Positions 24,718 through 36,091 of a stretch of 64,000 bases of DNA are shown piece by piece. The notes below the pieces were generated by a model, which was not told the origin of the DNA, made no database searches, and worked only from the letters and a program-made list of their open reading frames with translations. Source of the stretch: Octopus bimaculoides (taxonomy: Eukaryota); NCBI RefSeq assembly GCF_001194135.2, contig NC_068984.1, positions 17,489,391-17,553,390 on the forward strand, written 5' to 3'. The first letter of the stretch is position 1. Each line of letters starts with the position of its first letter. The position numbers were made by a program, and so were the translations under genes.

Positions 24718-25084
24718 ATAATAATAAAAATAATAATGATAACAAGTGTAAAATATCCTTTCTTTTTTTCTGCCGATTTTCCAATTTTTTTATTTTCCAA
24801 TTCAAAATTATCTTAGAACAAATCCAAATGCTGTTTATATTATGACGTAAATAATTTGCAAGATGATAATTTAGATATAACAAGAAACAGTTCAACAGGA
24901 AACATTTATAGAACAAAATCATAAAAACACATAACTGAAGGTCAAAAATAGAGTGTTTATCAAAATAGTTTAGCTGTTGCTATTTAAGGGATACTGACTT
25001 ATCAATTTGTAGGGTTTCTTGTTCTTTGCAACTGCTTGTGACTGCCCAGTCACATAACCTGCTTTCTCTCTTCCTCTCGCTCTT

Positions 25085-25275
25085 TTTCTCTCTCCCCCAC
25101 ATACATACATACACACACATGACTGTGTGGTTGAGAAATTTGCTTCTTAACCATGTTGATTTGTGGTCAGTCACTCTGCTTGGCTCTTTGGACTTCTACT
25201 GTAGCCCTAGGCCAACCGAAGACTTGTGAGTGGAATTCCTGTGTTATAGAAAGACTTGTGAGTAGAGATGTATGT
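25085..25275 (+). mobile_element. SINE family A head half, diverged
   Basis: gactgtgtggttgagaaatttgcttcttaaccatg..gaagacttgtgagtgga. Confidence 0.65.
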
Positions 25276-25899
25276 ATACATAAAAACACGTGTGTATGTG
25301 CCTGTATGTAATATTATTGAGGTGTGAAAAGGACTTTATTCAAACCCCTTCTGATATGTAAGAGCTTAACAGCCCTGGTAGATTGAATACTTCTCCTGAG
25401 GTCCCCTTCACTACAGGTTTGATTCTGTTGATCCATGTCATCCCATCAGTACAACTACTTAAATCAAGAGATTCACCAGTTCCATAATGGACACGATAAC
25501 TTTCACATTTTGCTTCAAGTGGTTCAAACTTTGGTCAAATTTGGCCAACAAGAACCAAAGTTCATTACTTGTAATGATAACAGCGTTGTTTCTAGTATGC
25601 AACACAAAGTTTACAATTCTGGTGTTGAACTCTTGTTTTATTTACTCCACAGCTTCTTCTTTATCAAATAAAATATGACCAAAGAAACCTGAAAATGATG
25701 CCTCATCAATGCAGAAGGACTCTAGCCTGGGTTAACGGGCTACAGAGTCTTTCTACTACAACCCAAGGAATAGTACAATAATTGAACAATAGTTAGGGTA
25801 TAAATGACTCAAATCTTTCTCTCTGTGGAAAGAATGCTTTTAATTCTATTTTAATTGTTTGAGTCATTTATTTGGAAATTCCGTTTTAAGTAATTAGGT

Positions 25900-26270
25900 A
25901 TACCAGCGTCGCCTTACTGGCACTTGTGCCAGTGGCACATTAGAAAACATTTGAGCGAGGTCATTGCCAGTGCCACTGGACTGGCTCCTGTGCAGGTGGC
26001 ATGTAAAAAACACCATTTTGAGTGTGGCCATTGCCAGTACCGCCTGACTGGCCCTCGTGCCGGTGGCACGTAAAAGCACCCACTAAACTCTCGGAGTGGT
26101 TGGCGTTAGGAAGGGTATCCAGTTGTAGAAACTCTGCCATATCAGATTGGAGCCTGGTGCAGCCATCTAGTTCACCAGTTCTCAGTCAAATAGTCCAACT
26201 CATGCTAGCATGGAAAGCGGACGTTAAACGATGATGACGATGATGATGATCATGGTCATGATGATGATGA
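25900..26270 (+). mobile_element. Repeat family C, long form with three 5' tandem units
   Basis: Three ~62-67-bp units gccag..actggc..gtgcc..gtggca..aaaa, then the ggaagggtatcc body and (GAT)n tail. Confidence 0.9.
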
Positions 26271-26576
26271 CAGAGGTGTTTTTTAATTAATGTAACTGAT
26301 CTTCTATAGTCAGAGACCGATATAATTGCCACTAAATTCAGTTTGGTCTCACACAAAAGTCTTTTGAGTACCATTCAAAAGAAATCATTGTGATAAACAG
26401 CAATCTGATACATGTTGCAGGAATATTTAGCAATCAAACCGGCATCACTATATCTGATGTGAAAATACAACCCAAGAATACAGTTGCAATTTACTAGAAT
26501 ATTATGAATGTTTTCAAAAAATTTAACCAAATCAACTGAATCTAACAAGAATTTCATCTTTGGTGCATTCTTTCAG

Positions 26577-26790
26577 TGTCAGATCACCACTATGCATTCA
26601 GTGCAGTTTAGCCTCTACCAACAGACAGTGGACTGGAGACATCAAACTGGACACAGAAGACTACAGCAGAACAACAACTGACCAGAGCACTGTGACAACA
26701 CAAAATCAAGGGATGGACAGTGACAACAACATGCAACGGCCATCTAACATTTTGACAGGAACTATTCTCACACCAGTCCAAGAACAATAA
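26577..26790 (+). CDS. Candidate terminal exon (VRSPLCIQC..TILTPVQEQ*)
   Basis: Acceptor tttggtgcattctttcag, non-repetitive open frame to TAA; no homology recognised. Confidence 0.22.
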
Positions 26791-26849
26791 TCTTTGAAGT
26801 ATCTCAATGTTTTGACGTTCATAATAATGACATGTTTTTGTTTACAGTA

Positions 26850-27099
26850 ATTCTTTTATTTGTTTCAGTCATTTGATTGTGGCCATGGTGGAGCACTGCC
26901 TTTAGTCGAACAAATCGACCCCAGTACTTGTTCTTTGTAAGCATAGTACTTATTCTATTGGTCTATTTTGCTGAACCGCTAAGTTACGGGTACGTGAATA
27001 CACCACCATCGGTTGTCAAGCAATGGTGGGGGGACAAACACAGACACACAGACACAGACACACACACAGACACACACACACACATACACACATACACAC

Positions 27100-27162
<63 letters not shown>

Positions 27163-27325
27163 ATGGGTTTCTTTCAGTTTCCGTCTACCAAATCCACTCA
27201 CAAGGCTTTGGTCAGCCCAAGGCTATAGTAGAAGACGCTTGCCCAAGGTGCCATGCAGTGGGACTGAACTCAGCACCATGTGGCTGGTAAGCAAGCTACT
27301 TACTGCACAGCCACTCTTGCACCTA
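26850..27325 (-). mobile_element. SINE family A, full-length
   Basis: Near-consensus copy with a (CA)n spacer. Confidence 0.92.
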
Positions 27326-27794
27326 GTCTAGAAAGAATAAATATTTTTAAATCAAAAATCTCAAACAGATTTCAGTATTCTTTATCATAAAATATCATTA
27401 TAACGAGCAGCATGATCCAGATGTATATGATCCAGAGATCTAACTAATTGGATCATAAATAAAGCCTGAACTTTTGAGACAATTTTTGTCTCTGCTCATT
27501 TAGGACACCTACGTTTAGAGTCCTTGAGATTCAGTGAATAACCAAACCACAATAATCCAAGCTTTAAGTGACGCTATATAGTAGTAATGCCACACTGAAC
27601 AGAATCATGAACAGTTAATGATTTAGCTGTCGGGTATTTCAGTAATAAGATGACAATTGCGAAGAATGGTTTTCCAGAATTAACCTGTGTTTGATTTGCT
27701 TCTTAAAGTTAATCTATTCCCATCAATGACCTTCTTATGAGGTGTCTCAGCATTGAAGTAGTTACTCTACTCCAGACGTTCTTTTCTATTCTAG

Positions 27795-27838
27795 AAGAAA
27801 TTTTGCTGAGTGCCATCAGCAATCCAATTTGCAAAGAG
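27795..27838 (+). CDS. Candidate exon (EILLSAISNPICKE, phase 1 to 0)
   Basis: Acceptor cgttcttttctattctag, donor GAG|GTGAAT, open frame. Confidence 0.22.
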
Positions 27839-27989
27839 GTGAATAATTCCCAAAGAATACAGCAATAATAACTTCAATAAATATTATATAACAAAGAAAT
27901 AACAGGGTTTAATATTGTGTATATCAACATAGTACCTTTAACTGTTGCAAGGAGCACCCTGAGTCAGCTGTAGACTAATCAAAAGTCTT

Positions 27990-28145
27990 TAGATGTTGAT
28001 TGTGGTAAGCAGCTTGCTTACCAACCACATGGTTCTGGGTTCAGTCCCACTGCGTGACACTTTGGGCAAGTGTCTTCTATTATAGCCTCGGGCCAACCAA
28101 AGCCTTGTAAGTGCATTTGGTAGACGGAAACTGAAAGAAACCCGT

Positions 28146-28242
<97 letters not shown>

Positions 28243-28454
28243 ATATGTTTGCCCCCCTCACCTCAACATCACTTGACAACTGATGTTGGTGTGTTTGTGC
28301 CTCCGTAACTTAGCAGTTCGGCAAAAGGGAACAATAGAATAAGTACTTGGCTTACAAAGAATAAGCCCTAAGGTCGATTTGCTTGATTGAAGGCAGTGCT
28401 CCAGCATAGCCGCAGTCAAATAATAACTGAAACAAGTAAAAGAGTAGAAGAGTA
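27990..28454 (+). mobile_element. SINE family A, full-length
   Basis: Head, (TA)n spacer and tail present; inverted relative to 26850-27325. Confidence 0.92.
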
Positions 28455-28779
28455 CTATTCAATACATTTTACTGGAACTCTTCTTACAAGAATCTCTAAC
28501 CACAACGAAGGAGAGTAGTTTGTCTTATTGTGATGAAGTTGTCAGCACCCTATTGCCGCTGGCAGCTGTGATTTCCACCATCAACCAGAAGCAACCTCAT
28601 CTCATAATAGCCAGCAGCCAGTAGCAGTCAAACCCAATAGGTGTTGGCAACCACCAACCCTGTGAATCAGCCAATAAGAGCGAATCTCACTCATTATCCA
28701 ATCGCAACAAGCCTTACTTAGAAGCTGTGGAAGTATTGCCACTCAGGAGTAACTATTGAAGCAATCACAAATATTCTCT

Positions 28780-29190
28780 TCTGCTCGAGGCACAAGGCCA
28801 CCAATTTCAGGGGAGTGGATAAGTTGATTACATCGACCCCCAGTGTTTAATTGGTACTTATTTTATTGACCCCTAAAGGGTGAAAGGCAAAGTATACCTT
28901 AGCTGAATTTGAACCTAGACAGTAAAAACAAACGAAACACTACTAAGTATTTTGCCTGGTGTGCTAATAATTCTCCTTTCTGCTCTAGGCACAAGGCCTG
29001 AAATTTTTGGGGAGGGGGTGCAATCGATTAGATCAACCCCAGTACACAACTGGTACGTAATTTATTGATTCCGAAAGGATGAAAGGCAAAGCCGACCTCA
29101 GTAGAATTTGAACTCAGAACTTGAAGACAGACGAAATACTGCTAAGCATTTCACCTGGCATGCTAATGTTTCTGCCAGCTCGCTGCTTTT
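28780..29190 (-). mobile_element. Two tandem SINE family B monomers
   Basis: ggcacaaggcc..gaatttgaa.. occurs twice (28780-28975, 28975-29190). Confidence 0.85.
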
Positions 29191-29409
29191 AACAATAAGA
29201 AATATTTTCATACCCCTGTGAAAATACAAGTCATGTGATTCTGAGTGAAGCTGTTAACATGAATAAATCTAAATTCTATGGAACATGTTTAATACACTTT
29301 ATTTCATGCATGCACTTATATACACACATCTATGCATGTGCATAAGTTCGTATGTATGTGTGTGTATATATATATAAAAACATGCATACATATCTATATA
29401 TATACATAT

Positions 29410-29715
29410 ACACACATAAAACATCCGAGTGAGGTCATTGCCAGTGCTGCTGGACTGGCTCCTGTGCAGGTGGCATGTAAAAACACCATTTTGAGCGTGG
29501 ACCTTGCCAGTACCGCCTGACTGACCCTCGTGCCGGTGGCACGTAAAAGCACCCACTATACTCTCAGAGTGGTTGGCATTACGAAGGGCATCCAGCTGTA
29601 GAAACTCTGCCAGATCAGATTGGAGCCTGGTGCAGCCATCTGGTTCGCCAGTCCCCAGTCAAATCGTCCAACCCATGCTAGCATGGAAAGCAGACGTTAA
29701 ATGATGATGGTGATA
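29410..29715 (+). mobile_element. Repeat family C
   Basis: Two 5' units, body and tail. Confidence 0.9.
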
Positions 29716-31017
29716 TACAAAGAGAGAGAGAAATAAAAGAGAGATGTATGCAGAAGAGTTTTTAACAAGTTTTTCACTACTACTATAATATTATGTAACA
29801 CCAATATATCCACAATTTAATTCTCATAGCTTTAACCAACCATTATCTCATTTATTCTACTCGTATGTAGTCATATGATCCACAAGAACAACTTCTGGTC
29901 ACTAAAACTGCTAGAAAAAGCAGCCAAATCTCTCTAACATCACATTCAGCCATCTTCACTTGAAGCTAACCTGGGGTTAAACAACAACAGCAAATAAAAT
30001 ACATGTATATACATNNNNNNNNNNGTGTGTGTGTGTGTGTGTGTGTGCTTGTGTATGTATGCATATATATGTATATATATATATATGTATGTATATATAT
30101 AAACACACACACATACATACATACATACATACATACATACATACACACACATTATCTTGAAGCAAAATAGCCGGCAATGCCTATCGAGAGATTATCCTTG
30201 TTTTATCTGGTAAAAATCTATAAAATTGTACATTGAAGGGTTAATCTGTTAGAATCAAGGAATAACAATGAATTACTAGACTCTATAACCATTTCTATAT
30301 TTCAGTTCTCTTCAAGCAAATGAAATTAGATTGACTACTGAATTGGTAATAACGCCAAATGTTACACTAACATTCACATCAGTGATGTGTTTAAGGAAAT
30401 TTATTTATTGACAAAATTACTTTCTGTTGGTTACTGATGTATCTAAACTGATTAAGTTTCTATAATTGTGAAGAATCTCATCTCATTTTAGAGAATAAAT
30501 ATATCATTTCGTTAAGCTTGTCGGGATATCAGCATTGTCTCTGACATAACATTGATAATTTGTGACATACACTGAAGAATTTATTAAAGTAGTCAAGGAA
30601 TATAGTGAAATAAATTTACATTTTCTGGGTGCCACCCTATAAAGTAGTGAAATGGCAGTTATTAGTGTATTGGCTAAATTACTTTGTGATGGAATTTGGC
30701 TTGGCTCTTTGAGTTCAAATCCAATACAGGTAAATATTTCTTTTCATCCTTTTTGGGATTGTTATATGAAATACCAGTGAAATATTGAGATAAGCTTTTC
30801 TTTCCCTTTTCTATTTTTTTCCCTACTTCCCCCTCTACCTCATTATTTTCCTCTCTTTTTCCCTATTTCTGTCTCTTTTGCCCTACTTCTTTCTCCCACC
30901 TTTCTCTCTATTCCTCTCTCCTTTTCTCTCTTTCCTTTCTCTCTCTTTCTCCCCCCCCCGTTTCTTTCTGTCACTCTCTCATTACTGACTGTAGTTAACA
31001 AGATGGTGTCTTGATAA

Positions 31018-31197
31018 AATGTGCAGGTTTGGCTGTGTGGTAAGAAGTTTGCTTTCCAACCACTTGGTTCTGGTTCAAACTCACTGCATGGCACCTTGGG
31101 CAAGTGACTTCTATTATAGCCCCTGACTGACCAAAGCCTTGTGAGTGGATTAGGTAGAGGGAATCTGAAAAAAGGCTGTTGTATATATATATATATA
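31018..31197 (+). mobile_element. SINE family A head half (repeated again at 31277-31426 across the gap)
   Basis: ggctgtgtggtaagaagtttgc..ccttgggcaagt..aaagccttgtgagtggatt. Confidence 0.85.
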
Positions 31198-31426
31198 NNN
31201 NNNNNNNNNNNNNNNNNNNNNNNNNNNNNNNNNNNNNNNNNNNNNNNNNNNNNNNNNNNNNNNNNNNNNNNNNNNNTGCTTTCCAACCACTTGGTTCTGG
31301 TTCAAACTCACTGCATGGCACCTTGGGCAAGTGGCTTCTATTATAGCCCCTGACTGACCAAAGCCTTGTGAGTGGATTAGGTAGAGGGAATCTGAAAAAA
31401 GGCTGTTGTATATATATATATATATA

Positions 31427-32657
31427 CAGGGTGCTTAAGGTATTTGAGGACATACTTTTTTTGGGTTGTTGCTGCACTTTTTGCTGACTCTGAAAATAAT
31501 AATGGCAAACCCTCAGCTTACTCAAGAAATGAAAAGGCATGCTATTATTTTGGTTATAAAGGATGAACATAGCGATTTAGAAATATCTTGATTTTTAAAA
31601 GTTGCCAGATCTTTTGTCTACAAAGTTTGTAAGAAGCTAAAGACTGAAGATGGAAATGTATTACCAGTATCAAAGCATAAAAAGCATTCTAAATGCTCTG
31701 AAGCCATCAGAACGCCTGAATTTATCCAGTAAGTTTAACAGATCATTGATTGCAATCTCAGAAAGTCCATGAGGTCAATTGCAAAAGATCTGTAAGTACC
31801 AGAAGGAACAGTCAGAAATGATTGTCCACAAAGATATCAGATATATAAGACTTATATGATGAGGAAAGGTCAATTAATCCGAAAAAGCAAAAGAAAATCA
31901 CTACATTAGATCTAAACGACTCTTAAACAAACAGAAGATTTGATTTGGTTTTTCTCAAATGAGAAAAACTTCAACCAAGATCAAAAGGTTAACAGAAAAA
32001 ATTGGTTAAGTACAGACCCCTCTGAAGTTTCAGGTGTTATGCATACAAAATTTCCTGCAACTGTCATGGTTTTGGGGGTTGTCAGCAATGAAGGACATGT
32101 GATGTCTCCATACTTCTTTCCACAAGGCCTTAGAATTAACTCTGCTGCCTACATTGAGGTCCTGGAAATAATTGTTAAGTCCTGGATAGACAGTGTATGC
32201 AATGGAAGGACATATGTGTTTCAGTAAAACTCTGCACTATCACACATGGTTCTAGTAACACAGGAATGGATGGCTGAAAATTTTCTTGATTACATAAACC
32301 CTAACATTTGGCCTCCTAATTCCCCAGATCTTAATCCATTGGACTATTACACGTAAAGTGTTATTGAGAGAGAGGTCAAAGAACACGCCTATAACATCAG
32401 AGATTCTTTGAAAGCTGCCATAGTCAGAGTAATATCCAAAATTAATCAGGACCACTTGATTCAAACATGTAGATGATTTAGATCTCATATAGAAGCAATT
32501 GTTGAAGCTGAAGGTGGCTTTATTGAATAACATTATAGAAAAGAAGGTTTATTTTTTTTCTCATAGCATTTTTTGAGAAATAAAGTTATTATCTGTTATC
32601 ATGTATCTGATTTTTTTTATAAACATAAATCTGTCCTCAAATATCTTATGCTCCCTG
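31427..32657 (+). mobile_element. Full-length Tc1/mariner-superfamily element, DD37D (maT) family, inactive
   Basis: 26-bp TIRs (cagggtgcttaaggtatttgaggaca, 23/26 match), TA on both sides, 1231 bp. Confidence 0.92.
31502..32530 (+). pseudogene. DD37D transposase pseudogene
   Basis: MANPQLTQEMKRHAI.., FSNEKNF, FQ*NSA, WPPNSPDLNPLDY; 37 residues between second and third catalytic positions; multiple stops and a frameshift. Confidence 0.9.
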
Positions 32658-32779
32658 TATATATATAATATATATTGTCCTGTTTTTGTTACCACTTTCA
32701 TCCTCTGCAAAAAAACCCAAATTTTATTTAATTTGCTTTGCTAGAAGGACTGTTTTAATGAAGTCACATCTTGTCCTTA

Positions 32780-33085
32780 CCTTCGAAATGTGGAGTTGAT
32801 GAAACAGGAGACAACTGATGAAGAGGAATGTTCTTTATGTTGCATGTCTTGTTTTTCTGTTTGTTTTTTTTTGTTGTTCGAAAAAAGTTCGTTTTCTATG
32901 TTTTTGTTTTTATGTTTTCGTTTCTCATTGTGTTTAACGTTTTATTTTTGATGTCCTGTACCCATATCTGCATGTATATATACATATATATGTATGTATA
33001 TATGCATATATTATTTATATTATTTATATTATANNNNNNNNNNAGTGGGTAGACAAACGAAAGAAGGGTATGCAACACATTTATT
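32780..33085. repeat. Unclassified dispersed-repeat-like segment (possibly a PLE terminus)
   Basis: ctgatgaagagg followed by T-rich tract and gtcctgtacccatat; no second copy in the window. Confidence 0.3.
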
Positions 33086-33139
33086 GGGAGTTACATGTAT
33101 AGACCAAAACAGTTTGATTCAGACTCCTTGGTACTCTGA

Positions 33140-33392
33140 GTTTCAAGCGTGTGACTAGTCTTCAGCCATTGTGTGTGTGTCTTTGTGTCTGTTTGTCCTC
33201 CCACCACCGCTTAACAACCAGTATTGGTATGTTTACATCCCTGTAGCTTAGTGGTTTGGCAGAAGAGACCAATAGAATAAGTACTAGGCTTCAACAAAAT
33301 ATGCTGGGGTCATATTAATTTAACTAAAAATTCTTCAAGGTGGTGCCCCAAAATGGCTGCAGTCTAATGACTGAAACAAGTAAAAGATAAAA
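33140..33392 (+). mobile_element. SINE family A 3' half
   Basis: gtttacatccctgtagcttag..aatagaataagtactagg..gactgaaacaagtaaaagat. Confidence 0.82.
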
Positions 33393-33644
33393 AAAATAAA
33401 AGGCAGGCAATAGGTGACCATCTTTATATTCTTCCACAAAAACTCCATGACAAACATATGCTTGTCATGAAAGTCATCTGGGTTCATTCATTGACCAGAT
33501 GAGGGAAGAAGAAGATGGAAAGTGTGTCTCTTTATATTACAATTCACACATGCATTTTAGTATATCTTTTTACAATCACATACACATGTATTTGAGGGAG
33601 AGGGCTACATAATCAACAATGGTTAGCCCATATTACTTTGTAAG

Positions 33645-33855
33645 GGGTACAGGGCTACTTTCCTGGTTTTCTGCCATATAAATTCTTCCCTGGACAGGAT
33701 GCTTATCTGCTGCAGAATTACACGTTTTACCAATTGGGTGAACTGGAACAGCAAGAATTGAAGTGTTTTGCTCAAGAACACAACACACCACTTGGTTTGG
33801 GTATCTTATGATCATGAATCCAACCCCCTAACCACTAAGCCATGTACCTCCACGC
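33645..33855 (-). mobile_element. CORE-like tRNA SINE (family E-related), diverged
   Basis: rc contains tggcttagtggttag and gtgttcttgagcaaaacacttc..gttccagttcacccaattgg. Confidence 0.68.
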
Positions 33856-34444
33856 ATAGCCAACAATGAAATCCTAGAAAAAAGTCAACAGTCAAATCAT
33901 GGAATCAACATTGATGAAACACTGACTACAATGATAAATAAAAAGGGTTACAAGGAAATACTCTTCCCAGTTGCTAAACCACTGGGAAAAGACAATGAAG
34001 ATGTCATTTAGGTTGTTACAAAGACCAGCTAAAATCAATCCTCATAATGGTTGGGAAAGAGACAAAATGTGAGAAACTGAAGCCTGCTGGTGTCACTTCA
34101 TCACCACTAGAGGTGACCCTTTTTTAAGTCAAAAGTAAAAGAAGAAAAGTTGAAGAAAAACATAAGGAATGCAAGATGTAACCAGGGCAATGACAACAGC
34201 AACAACAACTGCCCCTTTCCCCATCTCTCCCTTGCCATCTTTGTTCCTGCCTATTTCATGCAAGGATTGGCTTTCTCAGTCATCCACGCTATCAACATGA
34301 AGAACAACTCAATCATGAGGAAATTGAAATTCTTGGACATGAGAAACAGCAGCTGCCAACACACATATCTCCCAATATATTACCTCTTTGAATATGCTTA
34401 CAATACACACATGCACATATTCATTGTAACTGCTAAAGCAGACA

Positions 34445-34860
34445 TGAATCATCATCATCATCATCATTTAACGTCTGCTGTTCCTACTGGTATGGGTTGG
34501 ACGGTTTGACTGGGCTGGTACGCTGGAAGGTTGTGCCAGTCTCCAGTCTCATTTGGCATGGTTTTCTACAGCTGGATGCCCTTTCTAACACCAACCACTC
34601 TGAGAATGTAATGGGTGCTTTTACATGACACTGGCACGGGTGCCATTTGCAGGACACCAGTATCTGCCACAACTGTGATTTTGCTCGGCTTGATGGGTCT
34701 TCTTCTCAAGCATGACATAATGTCAAAGGTTTTGGTCATTGCCTCTGTGAGGCCCAATACTTGAAAAGAACTCAGCCACTTTGCCTCCCAAGGCCCACCG
34801 CTCAAAAGGAACTCTGTCACTGTGCCTCCATGAGGCTCAACACTCGAAAGGAACTCGTAT
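34445..34860 (-). mobile_element. Repeat family C variant with an extended 5' region of ~40-bp tandem units
   Basis: C body 34445-34640 continues into three gcctc..aggc(c/t)ca..aa(a)ggaactc units. Confidence 0.75.
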
Positions 34861-34914
34861 ATGCATAAATAAAAATATACCAAACAATGAAATGCATACA
34901 AATTTGTTTTTCCT

Positions 34915-35090
34915 GAATGGTTGGCATTAGGAATGGTTGGCATTAGGAAGGGCATCTAGCTGTAGAAACCATGCCAAATCAGACTGGAGTCTGGTACAGC
35001 CTTCCAGCTTGCCAGCCCTGGTCAAACCATCCAACCCATGCCAGCATGGACAACGGATGCTAAATGATGATGATGATGATGATGATGATG
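34915..35090 (+). mobile_element. Repeat family C 3' part
   Basis: ggttggcattaggaagggcatc..catggacaacggatgctaaatgatga; tggttggcattaggaa is locally duplicated. Confidence 0.82.
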
Positions 35091-35099
35091 ACGATGTAC

Positions 35100-35255
35100 A
35101 ATAGGCTTCTTTGAGTTTCTATCTACCAAATCGACTCACAAGGCTTTGGTCAGCATGGGGCTATAACAGAAGAAACTTACCCAAAGTGATGCAATGTGGA
35201 ACTGAACCCCAAAACCACATGGTTGGGAAGCAAACTACTTACCAAGCAGCCAAAC
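35100..35255 (-). mobile_element. SINE family A head half
   Basis: ctaccaaatcgactcacaaggctttggtc..accacatggttgggaagc. Confidence 0.75.
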
Positions 35256-35271
35256 TATATGAAACTTCAAT

Positions 35272-35702
35272 CATCTTTTCTACTCTAGGCACAAGGCCTG
35301 AAATTTTTGGGGAGGGGCCCAGTCGCTTAGATCAATCCCAGTATGCAACTGGTACTTAATTTATCGATCCCAAAAAGATGAAAGGTAAAGTCGACCTTGG
35401 TGGAATTTGAACTCAGAACATAAAGACAGACGATATACTGCTAAGCATTATCACCCGATGTGCAAACTTTTCTTATTTCTTTATTGCCCACAAGGGGCTA
35501 CACACAGAGGGGACAAACAAGGACAGACAAAGGGGTTAAGTCGATTATATTAACCACAGTGCGTAACTGGTACTTATTTAATCGACCCCAAAAAGATGAA
35601 AGGCAAAGTCAACCTCGGTGGAATTTGAACTCAGAACATAAGAGCAGACAAAATACCGCTAAGCATTTCACCTGGCTTGCTAACATTTCTGCCAGCTTGC
35701 TG
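35272..35702 (-). mobile_element. SINE family B, dimeric long form
   Basis: Two tRNA-head/body monomers joined by the gggacaaacaaggacagacaaag linker. Confidence 0.9.
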
Positions 35703-36091
35703 CTCTATATGAAACATCAATAATGGATGCATAATGAATCGATGGTGTCAGCCAGAGAGGAATGAGTTAAATACAATTTGTTATGATTTACAAAATTAAC
35801 GAAGAATAATGGCTAATTGTGAGTGATTTGAGAAAGTGTCTGAGCATCAGTTGACACATGTAAGAATGATAACTTAGTCAACATAGACATAACCTGAGGA
35901 TAGTTGATTACATGATGCATGAAATATGTCATGAACTTGCAATGAAAGGTTTCTGTAAGATAAGTAGAACACATAAAAATTAACAAGTGGCTATTTCAAA
36001 ATTTAATACTGGATATTAGAGATGAGATGACAGCATTAACCTAAGAAGTTGTATTGTAGACATGTGTCTAGACTTCATTCTCATCATCATT

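Noticed and set aside
25463-25678. Peptide SSLLVMITALFLVCNT resembling a GPCR TM6
   Set aside because: No TM5/TM7 context, closed by stops on both sides and no usable splice sites in that frame.
32790-32830. TTCGAAA..CTGATGAAGAGG as a permuted hammerhead
   Set aside because: No stem III with a UH triplet and no stem I can be formed.
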